Positions 29,997 to 38,932 are shown, counted from the first letter of the stretch. The stretch: DNA of 64,000 nucleotides from Candidatus Giovannonibacteria bacterium (GCA_016186825.1 JACPKW010000004.1:428-64427), one strand, 5' to 3'. Notes: generated by a model not told the origin, from the sequence alone. A program made the numbers and translations.

Positions 29997-32120
29997 CTAC
30001 TCGAAATGGAGTGATTGAGATTGCGAGTTGATGCGTTTGATAATTTCCGGATATTTTTCGAGCAAATCGTTTTCTATGATATTTCTTGCTTCTTCGCGGG
30101 CGGCTTCTACCATTTTAATATTTTTCAAAGCTTCCATTCCGACATCTGAAATGCCCCACTGCTTATCGCCCGTAAGCTCGCCCGGACCGCGGAGTTCGAG
30201 ATCAAATTCGGCGAGTTCAAACCCATTTTTTGCTTCCGTGAGCGCGATCATACGCGTCTTTGTTTTTTGAGTCACAGACTCCGTAAATAAAAAACAGTAC
30301 GGCTGATGTGTGGAGCGGATTACTCTTCCTCGGAGCTGATGGAGTTGCGCCAAACCGAAGCGTTCCGCGCCTTCGATCAATATAACTGTTGCATTTGGTA
30401 CATTAACTCCGACTTCAATTACGGAGGTTGCAACCAGAATATTTATTTTGCCTTCGCGGAATTCTTTCATAATTTTTTCTTTTTCTTTGGGCAGCATTTT
30501 TCCGTGGAGCATCCCGACTGAAAATTCCGGAAAAATTTCCATGGATAATTTTTTATGCTCAGTTTTAACGTTTTTCATTGAAAGCGCCAAAGCGCTTGTT
30601 CCGTTTCCGCTTTCTTCGATTCGCGGACAGATTACATATGCCTGCCTTCCGGAATTAATTTCCTTTCTTACATGTTCATAGGCGTGTTCTCGCCTCTCCG
30701 GGTCAATTATTTCTGTGATTACTTTTTTTCTTCCGGGCGGCATTTCATCTAGAAGCGTTAAATCAAGGTCTCCGTAAATTGTGAGTGCGAGCGTGCGCGG
30801 AATTGGCGTTGCCGTCATTGAGAGGAGGTGAGGAACTTTTTCAGAGTTCTTTTGCGTTAATTTCAAGCGCTGGTTTATTCCGAAACGGTGCTGTTCATCG
30901 ACAATCACAAGCGCTAAATTTTTGAATTTTATTTTTTCCTGAATCAATGCATGCGTTCCGATCAAAATTTCTATTTCTCCGTTAGCGAGCCACTTCAAAA
31001 GGGGAGCGCGCGCGATATGCGTGGGTTTTCCTGCAAAAGCCTTTGACGGATATTTTAAAAATTCCGAAGATGTAGCTAGCCCCATTTTAATGTTTTGTTT
31101 TCCAAAAAGACGCATGAATTCTTCGAAATGCTGTCGCGCGAGAACTTCTGTCGGAGCCATATAGGCAACCTGAAAACCATTTAATACCGCGGCGTAGCTT
31201 GCGAGCGCCGCAACGATTGTTTTTCCCGATCCGACATCCCCTTCGAGCAGGCGCGACATGGGTTTTAGTCCGCCGGTCGGATTGAAATCTTCAAAAATAC
31301 GTCCAAGCGCTTTTTTTTGAGCGCCGGTAAGTTCAAACGGCAACGTTTCGATTAAATCATCATTTTTTTCCTTTTCGATTTTAATTAAAAAAGAAGGGTG
31401 TTCATCGCGCTTTTTTCTGTAGCCTTGTCGAATTAATTGGATTAAAAATATTTCTTCAAATGAGAAACGCTTGCGTGCGGCTTCGGCGCGTTTCAAATCG
31501 CGCGGAAAATGGATTTCATGTAGGGAGGTTTTTAAAGAGGGAAGTTTATATTTTTTTAAAATCTCTTCTGGAATAATTTCAATCAAATCGCTATCCGAAA
31601 TTTTTTCAAAAATTCTTTTTATTGCAAACCGAAGCCAGCGCGAAGTAAGACCGCGCGTTTCAGGATAGACGCAAACGAGCATTCCCGATTCGCCAGTTCG
31701 TGAATTAAAATCAACTTCGCCCTGTTCAAAAACTGGGTTCATCATGGAAAATTTCCCCTCTTTTGAGCGCTTGATTGTTCCAGTAAATGTGTAATCCTGG
31801 TTCGGCTTCAATATTGCAGCCATATAGGGTTGGTTGAACCAAGTGATTTCAAGCGCGCCCGTTCCGTCTGAAACGAGTACCTTCGCGATATTAATTCTTT
31901 TTCGAAAAGTTTTTTTAGCTTCCGTTTTTATGACACGCGCGTGAATTGAAGCGCGCTCGTCTGGGATTAAATCCGCAATGGCCTTTCTTCCGGCAAATCC
32001 TTCATAGTACCTCGGAAAATGCCATAACAAATCACGAACGGTTTTCAATCCGATTTTATTCAAAATCACAATCTGTTTCTGGGTCAGACGAAAATAATTC
32101 GAAAGTGGAGAATCAAGCAT
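29997..32120 (-). CDS. recG: ATP-dependent DNA helicase RecG
   Basis: RLLEGDVGSGKT, DEQHRFG, MTATPIPRT, QLHQLRGRV; start 32120 because the longer ORF overlaps tRNA-Arg. Confidence 0.96.
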   Translation of the reverse strand: MLDSPLSNYFRLTQKQIVILNKIGLKTVRDLLWHFPRYYEGFAGRKAIADLIPDERASIHARVIKTEAKKTFRKRINIAKVLVSDGTGALEITWFNQPYMAAILKPNQDYTFTGTIKRSKEGKFSMMNPVFEQGEVDFNSRTGESGMLVCVYPETRGLTSRWLRFAIKRIFEKISDSDLIEIIPEEILKKYKLPSLKTSLHEIHFPRDLKRAEAARKRFSFEEIFLIQLIRQGYRKKRDEHPSFLIKIEKEKNDDLIETLPFELTGAQKKALGRIFEDFNPTGGLKPMSRLLEGDVGSGKTIVAALASYAAVLNGFQVAYMAPTEVLARQHFEEFMRLFGKQNIKMGLATSSEFLKYPSKAFAGKPTHIARAPLLKWLANGEIEILIGTHALIQEKIKFKNLALVIVDEQHRFGINQRLKLTQKNSEKVPHLLSMTATPIPRTLALTIYGDLDLTLLDEMPPGRKKVITEIIDPERREHAYEHVRKEINSGRQAYVICPRIEESGNGTSALALSMKNVKTEHKKLSMEIFPEFSVGMLHGKMLPKEKEKIMKEFREGKINILVATSVIEVGVNVPNATVILIEGAERFGLAQLHQLRGRVIRSTHQPYCFLFTESVTQKTKTRMIALTEAKNGFELAEFDLELRGPGELTGDKQWGISDVGMEALKNIKMVEAAREEARNIIENDLLEKYPEIIKRINSQSQSLHFE

Positions 32121-32136
32121 TAGTATATTATAACTG

Positions 32137-32208
32137 CGCGCCCACGAGGAATCGAACCTCGATCTCAGGTTCCGCAAACCTGTACTCTGTCCGTTGAGCT
32201 ATGGGCGC
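32137..32208 (-). tRNA. tRNA-Arg(GCG)
   Basis: GCGCCCA/TGGGCGC acceptor, CAGGT-TTGCGGA-ACCTG anticodon arm, CGAGG-TTCGATT-CCTCG T arm. Confidence 0.92.
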
Positions 32209-32235
32209 ATATTGCAATTAACAAAAACAAGTGTA

Positions 32236-32739
32236 CTAGAATCTGAAGAATCTCGCAATCGTTTCAGAGAGCGGCTCATGGATTTCTTTTTCCTCCAAGA
32301 ATTTCAGGAGGTGCTCGCGGATCTGATTTGGGTTAGCGTTCCCGAGCGGAATAGAAATCTGCGGCATGAAAACTTTTTTCGAGATGATGTAAAGTTCCTT
32401 AACATGCGGCGGATCGTAATTTAACCAGAAAGATTTCAAATTATCGAAAGGATATAAAACTTTTCCAATTTTGAGGCCTCTAGATGTGATTGCGAATGAA
32501 ATTACGCGCGGGCGCTTTGCGCCGTACATGGAAAAACTCAAGCCCGCGAGCAAAATTAATATTGCGAAGAGAAAATTTTGAAGAATAATTGCAACCGCGA
32601 AAAATGCGATTGTAACAATTCCCACCGCCCAATACCAGTCAGAGCGCTTTTCATGATATTCAAATTCCGGAGCCTCCCAGGCGGAGAGCGTCAAAAAAGC
32701 GCTGGGCGGAGATTTTTCTTCTGCGTGATCTTCAGGCAT
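32236..32739 (-). CDS. Hypothetical membrane protein (two TMs plus a PH-like domain)
   Basis: WEAPEFEYHEKRSDWYW, then two TMs, then a soluble domain; TATAAT just upstream. Confidence 0.75.
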   Translation of the reverse strand: MPEDHAEEKSPPSAFLTLSAWEAPEFEYHEKRSDWYWAVGIVTIAFFAVAIILQNFLFAILILLAGLSFSMYGAKRPRVISFAITSRGLKIGKVLYPFDNLKSFWLNYDPPHVKELYIISKKVFMPQISIPLGNANPNQIREHLLKFLEEKEIHEPLSETIARFFRF

Positions 32740-32762
32740 AATCCATTATAACTTATTTGGAT

Positions 32763-33590
32763 TTAATTTTGTCCAAATAGCGCTTCTTGGGTTTTCTTTT
32801 TTGGATAAGTAGGAGGTTCGCCAAAATCCATTTTTATATCGAGAGTGATTCCATAAGGTCCGTGATCCGAACCGGGCGTTTCCCTTTGAGTGAACGCGCT
32901 TTCAAGCGAATTTTCAAGTTTTTGAGAAATAAAGATATAGTCGATTCGCCACCCAATATCGCGCTCGCGAGCGCCAAATGCATAAGGCCACCAGGTATAA
33001 GCTTTCTTTTCCGGATAAATTTTCCGAAAAGAATCTATATAGCCGATTTTTTCGAGCAGGTCTATTTGTTTTCGTTCTTCAGGCGTGAACATGGTATTGT
33101 TCTCGTTTTGTTTCGGATAATAAAGGTCGAGCTCGTTATGCGCAATATTAAAATCACCGCAGAGCAGGGTTTCTCTTTTTGAGTATTTTTTTAGTAAAGA
33201 GAAAAGCTCCTTGTAAACGTCGAGCTTGTATTCCATATCAGATTTATCGCGCGCGCCGTTAGGAATATAAAAATTGAAAAGAGAAAAATTTTCGAAAGTT
33301 AATTTTAGGCATCTTCCTTCCGAATCGAAGCGGGGGATTTTCAATTCTTTTTCAACTTCGAGCGGCTTAATTTTCGAATATATTGCGACTCCGGCATAAC
33401 CGCGCCTCGAAGCGGAATTGAAATAGGAATGGTAACCGTCTATTTCAGTGAATTCTTGGGTTAATTCGCCAGATGAAATTTTTATCTCCTGCAGGCACAA
33501 AATATCGGGATTTTCATTCGCGAGCCAGTCTTTGAATCCCGCTTTGAATACGGATCGTATTCCGTTAACGTTCCAAGTAATGATTTTCAT
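32763..33590 (-). CDS. xth: Exodeoxyribonuclease III
   Basis: ITWNVNGIR, LCLQEIK, GDFNIAH, GWRIDY, GSDHGP. Confidence 0.95.
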   Translation of the reverse strand: MKIITWNVNGIRSVFKAGFKDWLANENPDILCLQEIKISSGELTQEFTEIDGYHSYFNSASRRGYAGVAIYSKIKPLEVEKELKIPRFDSEGRCLKLTFENFSLFNFYIPNGARDKSDMEYKLDVYKELFSLLKKYSKRETLLCGDFNIAHNELDLYYPKQNENNTMFTPEERKQIDLLEKIGYIDSFRKIYPEKKAYTWWPYAFGARERDIGWRIDYIFISQKLENSLESAFTQRETPGSDHGPYGITLDIKMDFGEPPTYPKKKTQEALFGQN

Positions 33591-33667
33591 TACCTAATAA
33601 TATAATTAAGCTCTATCGATTAATAGTAGAATCGTTTGCGGATAAAAAATTCTGTTTTATAATTAAT

Positions 33668-33970
33668 ATGATGTCGCGTACGAAAAAAATTTTACTCGCA
33701 CTCTTAATCGTTTTTTTCATTTTTATTTTATTTCAATATATCAGGTTTCCCTTAAGTGATTTACTCTATTCAGATTGCGATTACGAAAATTATGCATGGG
33801 GAGCATACCGAAATAGTTGCACTTGTTTGGGAATAAAAATTGCTTCAAATCCTCCTGCTGGCACGAGAGATGCGGGGACGGGGAGCGGATGTGTAGGGCT
33901 CGTCATAAGTAAAGAATGTTTTGAAGGCGAAGATTCTTCCGGCCCTTGGAAAAAAGTTCCGTGCAATTAA
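33668..33970 (+). CDS. Small Cys-rich exported protein
   Basis: N-terminal TM, six Cys (CTCLG...CVG), TATAAT upstream. Confidence 0.65.
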   Translation: MMSRTKKILLALLIVFFIFILFQYIRFPLSDLLYSDCDYENYAWGAYRNSCTCLGIKIASNPPAGTRDAGTGSGCVGLVISKECFEGEDSSGPWKKVPCN

Positions 33971-33986
33971 AATTGCGGCAATTTTT

Positions 33987-34448
33987 TTATTTTGGAATTA
34001 GACCTATTTTTTGGAAAAATTCCTTTCCGCCCGGAATTTGTTTTACACTCGGTAATTCATCGGGGCCAAACCAGCGAATTTCCATCAAGTCGTCGTTAAG
34101 TTCAACTTTAATTTCGTCCGCCAGTTTGTCTTTGATATCAACTCTGAATCTATTAAATTCCATTTTGATTAACACTTTCTCACCTGATGACAAGGTTTTT
34201 TCTGCAATACCGCTGCCTTTTTCAGGAATTAAAATGGGGTTATAAGATGAAATATCAATTCCAACTTCCTCTATAATTTCCCTTTGCAGAGCTTGTTGTA
34301 AAGTTTCTCCTTCGTTTATCCCGCCGCCGGGGATGTGCCAACAATCGGGATATACGCCTCCTTTGGCAGGATCTTTTTTCCCCATGAGTAATTTACCATC
34401 TTTGCTGAAAATTAGTGCAGATACAATTGTTCTATGAATTTCTCGCAT
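33987..34448 (-). CDS. NUDIX hydrolase
   Basis: Nudix box PGGGINEGETLQQALQREIIEEVG. Confidence 0.92.
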   Translation of the reverse strand: MREIHRTIVSALIFSKDGKLLMGKKDPAKGGVYPDCWHIPGGGINEGETLQQALQREIIEEVGIDISSYNPILIPEKGSGIAEKTLSSGEKVLIKMEFNRFRVDIKDKLADEIKVELNDDLMEIRWFGPDELPSVKQIPGGKEFFQKIGLIPK

Positions 34449-34518
34449 GGGTTCAGATCCCTTTGGATAGATTAAATTTTTTCATGCGGACTTTGTCCGC
34501 CGAAGCCGCGGGCGAAAG

Positions 34519-34605
34519 CGGAGGGTGGAGGATTCGAACCTCCGAGGGGATTGCTCCCCAACTGGTTTTCAAGACCAGCGCTATAGACCGCTCAGCCAAC
34601 CCTCC
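34519..34605 (-). tRNA. tRNA-Ser(UGA)
   Basis: GGAGGGT/ACCCTCC acceptor, CTGGT-CTTGAAA-ACCAG anticodon arm, long variable arm. Confidence 0.95.
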
Positions 34606-34675
34606 GTGGTGTCTATTTTATAAACTCTTTTTCGGATTTTTTCAAGCCGAATATATAATATATATTTTATATATA

Positions 34676-35179
34676 TTATTTTCCGTTGAATTTTACTGTT
34701 GACGGATCTTCGCCTTTCAGGATTTTATCAACCATTTCGATTTCTTCGCGGATGCCGTCGATAAGATCGTATTTTTTTGATTCTTCGAAATCAATCCAGG
34801 CGTAATCAACCGATTCTGAATTTATTTTAACTTCTCCGGATTTGTACGGCGCATAAAAACTCAAAGTGATGACTGGCATTTTATCAGGCCGGATAAAAGC
34901 TAAATCCAAGAGATAATTTACTTTGCCGATTTCAATTCCGACCTCTTCGGTTACCTCGCGCCTGAGCGAATTTTCAAGCGCGAAATACCAAATATTATTT
35001 TTGGTAGTTGGAGGGGTGTTAACGTAGTCGTCGGTTTCGAGCCCGCCCCCCGGCACAGTCCATCTTCCCGGAAATACTTTTTTGTCAGGCGCGCGTTTTG
35101 TGATCAAAAATTTCCCGTTCTTCTCAATGATAGCGGTAGATACAATCCTATGCAGTTCGCGGTTTTCCGGCAGTTCCAT
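34676..35179 (-). CDS. NUDIX hydrolase
   Basis: WTVPGGGLE...LRREVTEEVG, a Nudix box with an insertion. Confidence 0.88.
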   Translation of the reverse strand: MELPENRELHRIVSTAIIEKNGKFLITKRAPDKKVFPGRWTVPGGGLETDDYVNTPPTTKNNIWYFALENSLRREVTEEVGIEIGKVNYLLDLAFIRPDKMPVITLSFYAPYKSGEVKINSESVDYAWIDFEESKKYDLIDGIREEIEMVDKILKGEDPSTVKFNGK

Positions 35180-35263
35180 TATTGAATTATAAAATAATGC
35201 GAGAAAGATTTCACCTTTTTTATATCCCTAAACACAACCCACCGCTTGAGCTAACATAAGGAC

Positions 35264-36253
35264 GTGAAGATAAAAAGAGAATTGGCTCTTATTGGCTTGA
35301 TTATTATTGCTGGAGTTGCAATCTGGATATTTTCAAAGAACCGCTCCGAAAATGAAATTAAGAAGATAGAGCAGGAAACAGAGGATGCAGTTTTAACTAT
35401 TGCCGAGCCTATTGGCGGAAATTTGACGTTTGGGCCGTTGTATGTTTCTGCAGATGAAGAATACGGCACATTTGTAAGATATATTGCTTCAAAACTTGGG
35501 GACTATGGAATAAAAGAAGGAAAGTTTATTGCAGTTCAAAATCCTTACGAAGCTAGTGTGCTCCTAAGGCAGGGGAAATTGGACATTTATGTTGACAGCC
35601 CTTTTCCAGCTTATATTGTTTCAAAACTTACAGGATCCGAACCGATTGTTAACCGTTGGAAAAGGGGAAATGAAAAATATCACAGCGTTATTTTTGTAAA
35701 AAAAGAAAGCGCGATTAAAACGCCTGAGGACTTGAAAGGTAAGATGGTCGCATTTGAAAAACCGGATTCTACTTCCGCTTATTTTTTACCGAAAGCTGAA
35801 CTAATTAAGAGAGGATTTAAACTCACTCAAAAAACTGGACCGAATGATCCGGTTGCACCTGACGAGATCGGTTATTATTTCACAAACCGCGATTTAAAAA
35901 CCGTAACTGATGTAATTGAAGAAAAGGCCGACGCAAGCGCGGAGAATGAGCAAGATTTTCTCATAATCTTAAAAGATTTAGAATTCACAAAAAGAGATGA
36001 TTTCAGGTTTATTTTTCAGAGCATCGATGTTTTCAGGCATGTTTTTGTATTAAGAGCCGGAATGGATCCGAAGCTGAAGGAAGCCATCATAAAAATTTTA
36101 GTTGATATGGATAAAACCCCCGAAGGCCAAGAAATTCTAAATAAATTTAAGAAGACCAAGAAATTTACTCTTTTTGAGCCTAATGCAGATGTAGCTTTTG
36201 CGGGCATTAAAGAACTTGCTGGTTTGGTAGAAAAAGAAATCATTGGCAAGTAA
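35264..36253 (+). CDS. PhnD-like phosphate/phosphonate-binding protein
   Basis: N-terminal TM; YHSVIFVKKES, DLKGKMVAFEKPDSTSAYFLP. Confidence 0.85.
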   Translation: MKIKRELALIGLIIIAGVAIWIFSKNRSENEIKKIEQETEDAVLTIAEPIGGNLTFGPLYVSADEEYGTFVRYIASKLGDYGIKEGKFIAVQNPYEASVLLRQGKLDIYVDSPFPAYIVSKLTGSEPIVNRWKRGNEKYHSVIFVKKESAIKTPEDLKGKMVAFEKPDSTSAYFLPKAELIKRGFKLTQKTGPNDPVAPDEIGYYFTNRDLKTVTDVIEEKADASAENEQDFLIILKDLEFTKRDDFRFIFQSIDVFRHVFVLRAGMDPKLKEAIIKILVDMDKTPEGQEILNKFKKTKKFTLFEPNADVAFAGIKELAGLVEKEIIGK

Positions 36254-37164
36254 TGCCATTTTTTATTAAAAACCTTTCTTTTCGAAACAAACTTCTCTTC
36301 AGCTTTTCTTTGATTATTTTAGTTTTTTTGCTTTGCGCCTTTCTTTATCTAAGGTCGGCTGAGAAACTTAACCGCCTTTTTTCGGAGCTTGAAAGGGAAT
36401 ATAAAATATTGAATTTAATGTCTTACTTGGAGTCCCGCAATAAAAAACTTGGCGATTATGTTGAGGATTATATTGAAACAGGAGAGCAGAATATAGAACT
36501 TTTATATGATAAAACCTCGCTCGAATTTGATAATACAATCCAAGAGCTTAATATGTTGGAAAATAATGAAGAATATTTATCAGAAGTCAGCCAGTTTAAG
36601 AGTCTCATAAACGATTTGAAAGGGACCGAACTTTTGATATTGTCTAAAGTTCGTGAAGGAGATCCGGTTCTGGCGCTCCAGTACTTTGAAGATAACTATG
36701 ACGAAAGAAAGAGAGCGGCTTCACATCTTGCGGTCGCGATTGTTGAGAAAAAATTAGGCGAAGTTTCAAAAAAAATTGCGGAAGGCAACAATATTGCGGA
36801 TAATACCAGAAACATATTGCTATCCATGCTGATCTTTGCGGGAAGTTTTATGATTTTCGTTGCTTTTTTGCTCGCTTCCTATATTTCTCGGCCGATAAAA
36901 AAATTAGTCGATGCTGTTATTAAAATTGGTGAAGGGGATTTAAAAACAAGGGTGGATATTAATTCCAACGATGAGATTGGAATATTGGCTAAGGAATTTA
37001 ACCGGATGACTGCGAAGTTGGAGAAGTCCTATGAAAATTTGGAGAGCAAGGTCAAATCAAGAACGGAGGAGCTTGAAGAAAAAGTCGATGAACTCGAAAA
37101 CATTCGCGAAGGAATGGAGCGAGCTGTTGAAACTTTAGATGAAGTTAGGACCTTGTCGAAATAG
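36253..37164 (+). CDS. Membrane sensor (TM, four-helix domain, TM, HAMP, coiled coil) with no output domain
   Basis: HAMP signature ISRPIKKL...GDLKTRV...DEIGILAKEFNRM; ORF ends about 45 aa later. Confidence 0.8.
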   Translation: MPFFIKNLSFRNKLLFSFSLIILVFLLCAFLYLRSAEKLNRLFSELEREYKILNLMSYLESRNKKLGDYVEDYIETGEQNIELLYDKTSLEFDNTIQELNMLENNEEYLSEVSQFKSLINDLKGTELLILSKVREGDPVLALQYFEDNYDERKRAASHLAVAIVEKKLGEVSKKIAEGNNIADNTRNILLSMLIFAGSFMIFVAFLLASYISRPIKKLVDAVIKIGEGDLKTRVDINSNDEIGILAKEFNRMTAKLEKSYENLESKVKSRTEELEEKVDELENIREGMERAVETLDEVRTLSK

Positions 37165-37177
37165 CTTTTTATCTTCA

Positions 37178-37564
37178 TTAATTCATCTTCTGAATTTGTA
37201 TTAGATTGCCGCACGTATCATCAAACTTCGCTATTGTTACCGGACCAGCTTGAGTAGGTTCCATCGTAAATCTAACACCGAGTGATTTTAGGCGTTCGTA
37301 TTCGCTTTTCATATCCTCAACCCAAAACGAGGTTGCCGGAATACCTTGCTCAAAAATCGCTTTTTGATAGGTTTTGGCGGCTGGGTTGTCATTAGGTTCT
37401 AGCAGGAGCTCGGTACCGTTTTGGTCTTCTGACGAGACGACAGTGAGCCACTTATATTGTCCAACTGTAACATCTTGCTTTTTTACAAGCCCGAGTTTTT
37501 CAGTATAGAATTTTAATGCCTTTTCCTGATCTTCTACGAATATACTGGCGACGACAATTTTCAT
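37178..37564 (-). CDS. VOC/glyoxalase family protein
   Basis: VEDQEKALKFYTEKLG, LKSLGVRF, FDDTCGNLIQI. Confidence 0.9.
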   Translation of the reverse strand: MKIVVASIFVEDQEKALKFYTEKLGLVKKQDVTVGQYKWLTVVSSEDQNGTELLLEPNDNPAAKTYQKAIFEQGIPATSFWVEDMKSEYERLKSLGVRFTMEPTQAGPVTIAKFDDTCGNLIQIQKMN

Positions 37565-37720
37565 AGCTGTTTTATTAGTTACTAGTATTAGCCGCTACAA
37601 CAAATTGACCCATTTTCTATCGGAGTTCGAATCCCTTTGGGATTCTTGCATTTTATCACTTTTCGGTTTTGAAATGTAGCGCAAAATAAGGGAATTTTGA
37701 CTACCGCTTTCCAAAACTAC

Positions 37721-38685
37721 TGGCGGTGTATTCTTGAATTAGCTCGAACGGAATTCGCTCCTCGCCGCGCACAGCGCGGCTCGGAATAGGCGGGCGGGCA
37801 AAATGAATTCTGAAGCCGAGAGCATTAACAATTTTCCGCCAGAGGCGGATCTGCCTATGGCATGACAAATTTTTAATTGAGTTAAGTATAACTCAATTCA
37901 GTGAATTTTTCAATCATTTTTAAATTGAAAAATTCACTGGCTTTGGCGGCAAATTTTAAAATTCTAGACCCGAACTGATTACTTTAGAGATGCATTTTCT
38001 GATGTCAAGTTCCATAAAAGGTTATAAAGATTGGCTACCTCATCCACTGGTGGCCCATATGAATTAATTATTCGGACTTTCCCAGAATCTGAAAGTATGA
38101 GCAGCACATTAAAATCTGCAGTGATATTATTACTGGAAAAATTTTTATTTGAAAGCCATATTTCGTTGGCAATCGAAACTATTTCTTCAAGATTATGTTT
38201 CTTTAAAATTATTTCTTTCTCCTGTGATAATTTTTCGTAAGGTGTTTGATTTTTATTCTGGCCTATTCCATATGACAAAAGATTTTTACTTATATCAACT
38301 GTCAGTCGTCTCGGGGTGGATACAAATCCGCCAGAAACGAATAAAAAACCTTTCGCAGGGAGATATTTTTCTGCTCCTTGGGGAATATCAGAGACATTAT
38401 CAACCTGTGTTTTTACGTGCGCGTATTCCATTAGGGTTTTATTTACACCTTTTTGTACTTGGTCTGTTAAATTTCTCTGGCGGTATACAAAAAAAACCAC
38501 AACAAGAATTAATAATAGAATTATAAATATTAAATAACGCATAATGTATGATGAAAAAATTTCTTTTGCCCTTCATTGATAAATCATTTTCCTTTTCGCC
38601 AAAAAAGCCCTTTCAAATCCTAGCCGAGCGGCGCGTTCCGCGCCGCGAGCTTGCCCCTGCAAATTTGCTTTTTCCCAATTGGCGG
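37721..38685. mobile_element. Probable relic integrative element at the tRNA-Ser 3' end
   Basis: TGGCGG (CCGCCA on the tRNA strand) at both ends; recombinase-tail-like reading frames at both junctions. Confidence 0.5.
37979..38542 (-). CDS. Hypothetical membrane-anchored protein
   Basis: 187-aa AT-rich ORF with an N-terminal TM. Confidence 0.7.
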   Translation of the reverse strand: MRYLIFIILLLILVVVFFVYRQRNLTDQVQKGVNKTLMEYAHVKTQVDNVSDIPQGAEKYLPAKGFLFVSGGFVSTPRRLTVDISKNLLSYGIGQNKNQTPYEKLSQEKEIILKKHNLEEIVSIANEIWLSNKNFSSNNITADFNVLLILSDSGKVRIINSYGPPVDEVANLYNLLWNLTSENASLK

Positions 38686-38808
38686 AGGAGGTGGGATTCG
38701 ATTTCCTACCACGGAAATCCCGGGGAAGTCCCACGGACTTCCCTTCGAATCCCACTTTCAACCATTAATGCCAAATTTAATATCCAAAAGATATTTAAAT
38801 TTGCCATA
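38680..38808 (-). mobile_element. 127-bp-period unit duplicating the tRNA-Ser(GCU) 3' end, with a two-hairpin core in the T loop
   Basis: GCGGAGGAGGTGGGATTCGA at 38682-38701 and 38809-38828; closing stem GTGGGATTCG/CGAATCCCAC. Confidence 0.72.
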
Positions 38809-38809
38809 G

Positions 38810-38896
38810 CGGAGGAGGTGGGATTCGAACCCACGGACGGCTTTTGACCGTCACGGCTTAGCAAGCCGCTCGTTTCAACCACTCACGCACTCCTCC
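38810..38896 (-). tRNA. tRNA-Ser(GCU)
   Basis: GGAGGAG/CTCCTCC acceptor, GCGGC-TTGCTAA-GCCGT anticodon arm, long variable arm. Confidence 0.95.
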
Positions 38897-38912
38897 AAAT
38901 TTTCTCGGCGAA

Positions 38913-38932
38913 CCTGCCTGCCGGTAGGCAGG
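38913..38932. repeat. REP-like palindrome CCTGCCTGCCGGTAGGCAGG
   Basis: GC-rich 20-nt hairpin upstream of tRNA-Ser. Confidence 0.75.

Noticed and set aside
32121-32177. N-terminal extension of recG
   Set aside because: It overlaps tRNA-Arg, and TATAAT sits 6 nt before ATG 32120
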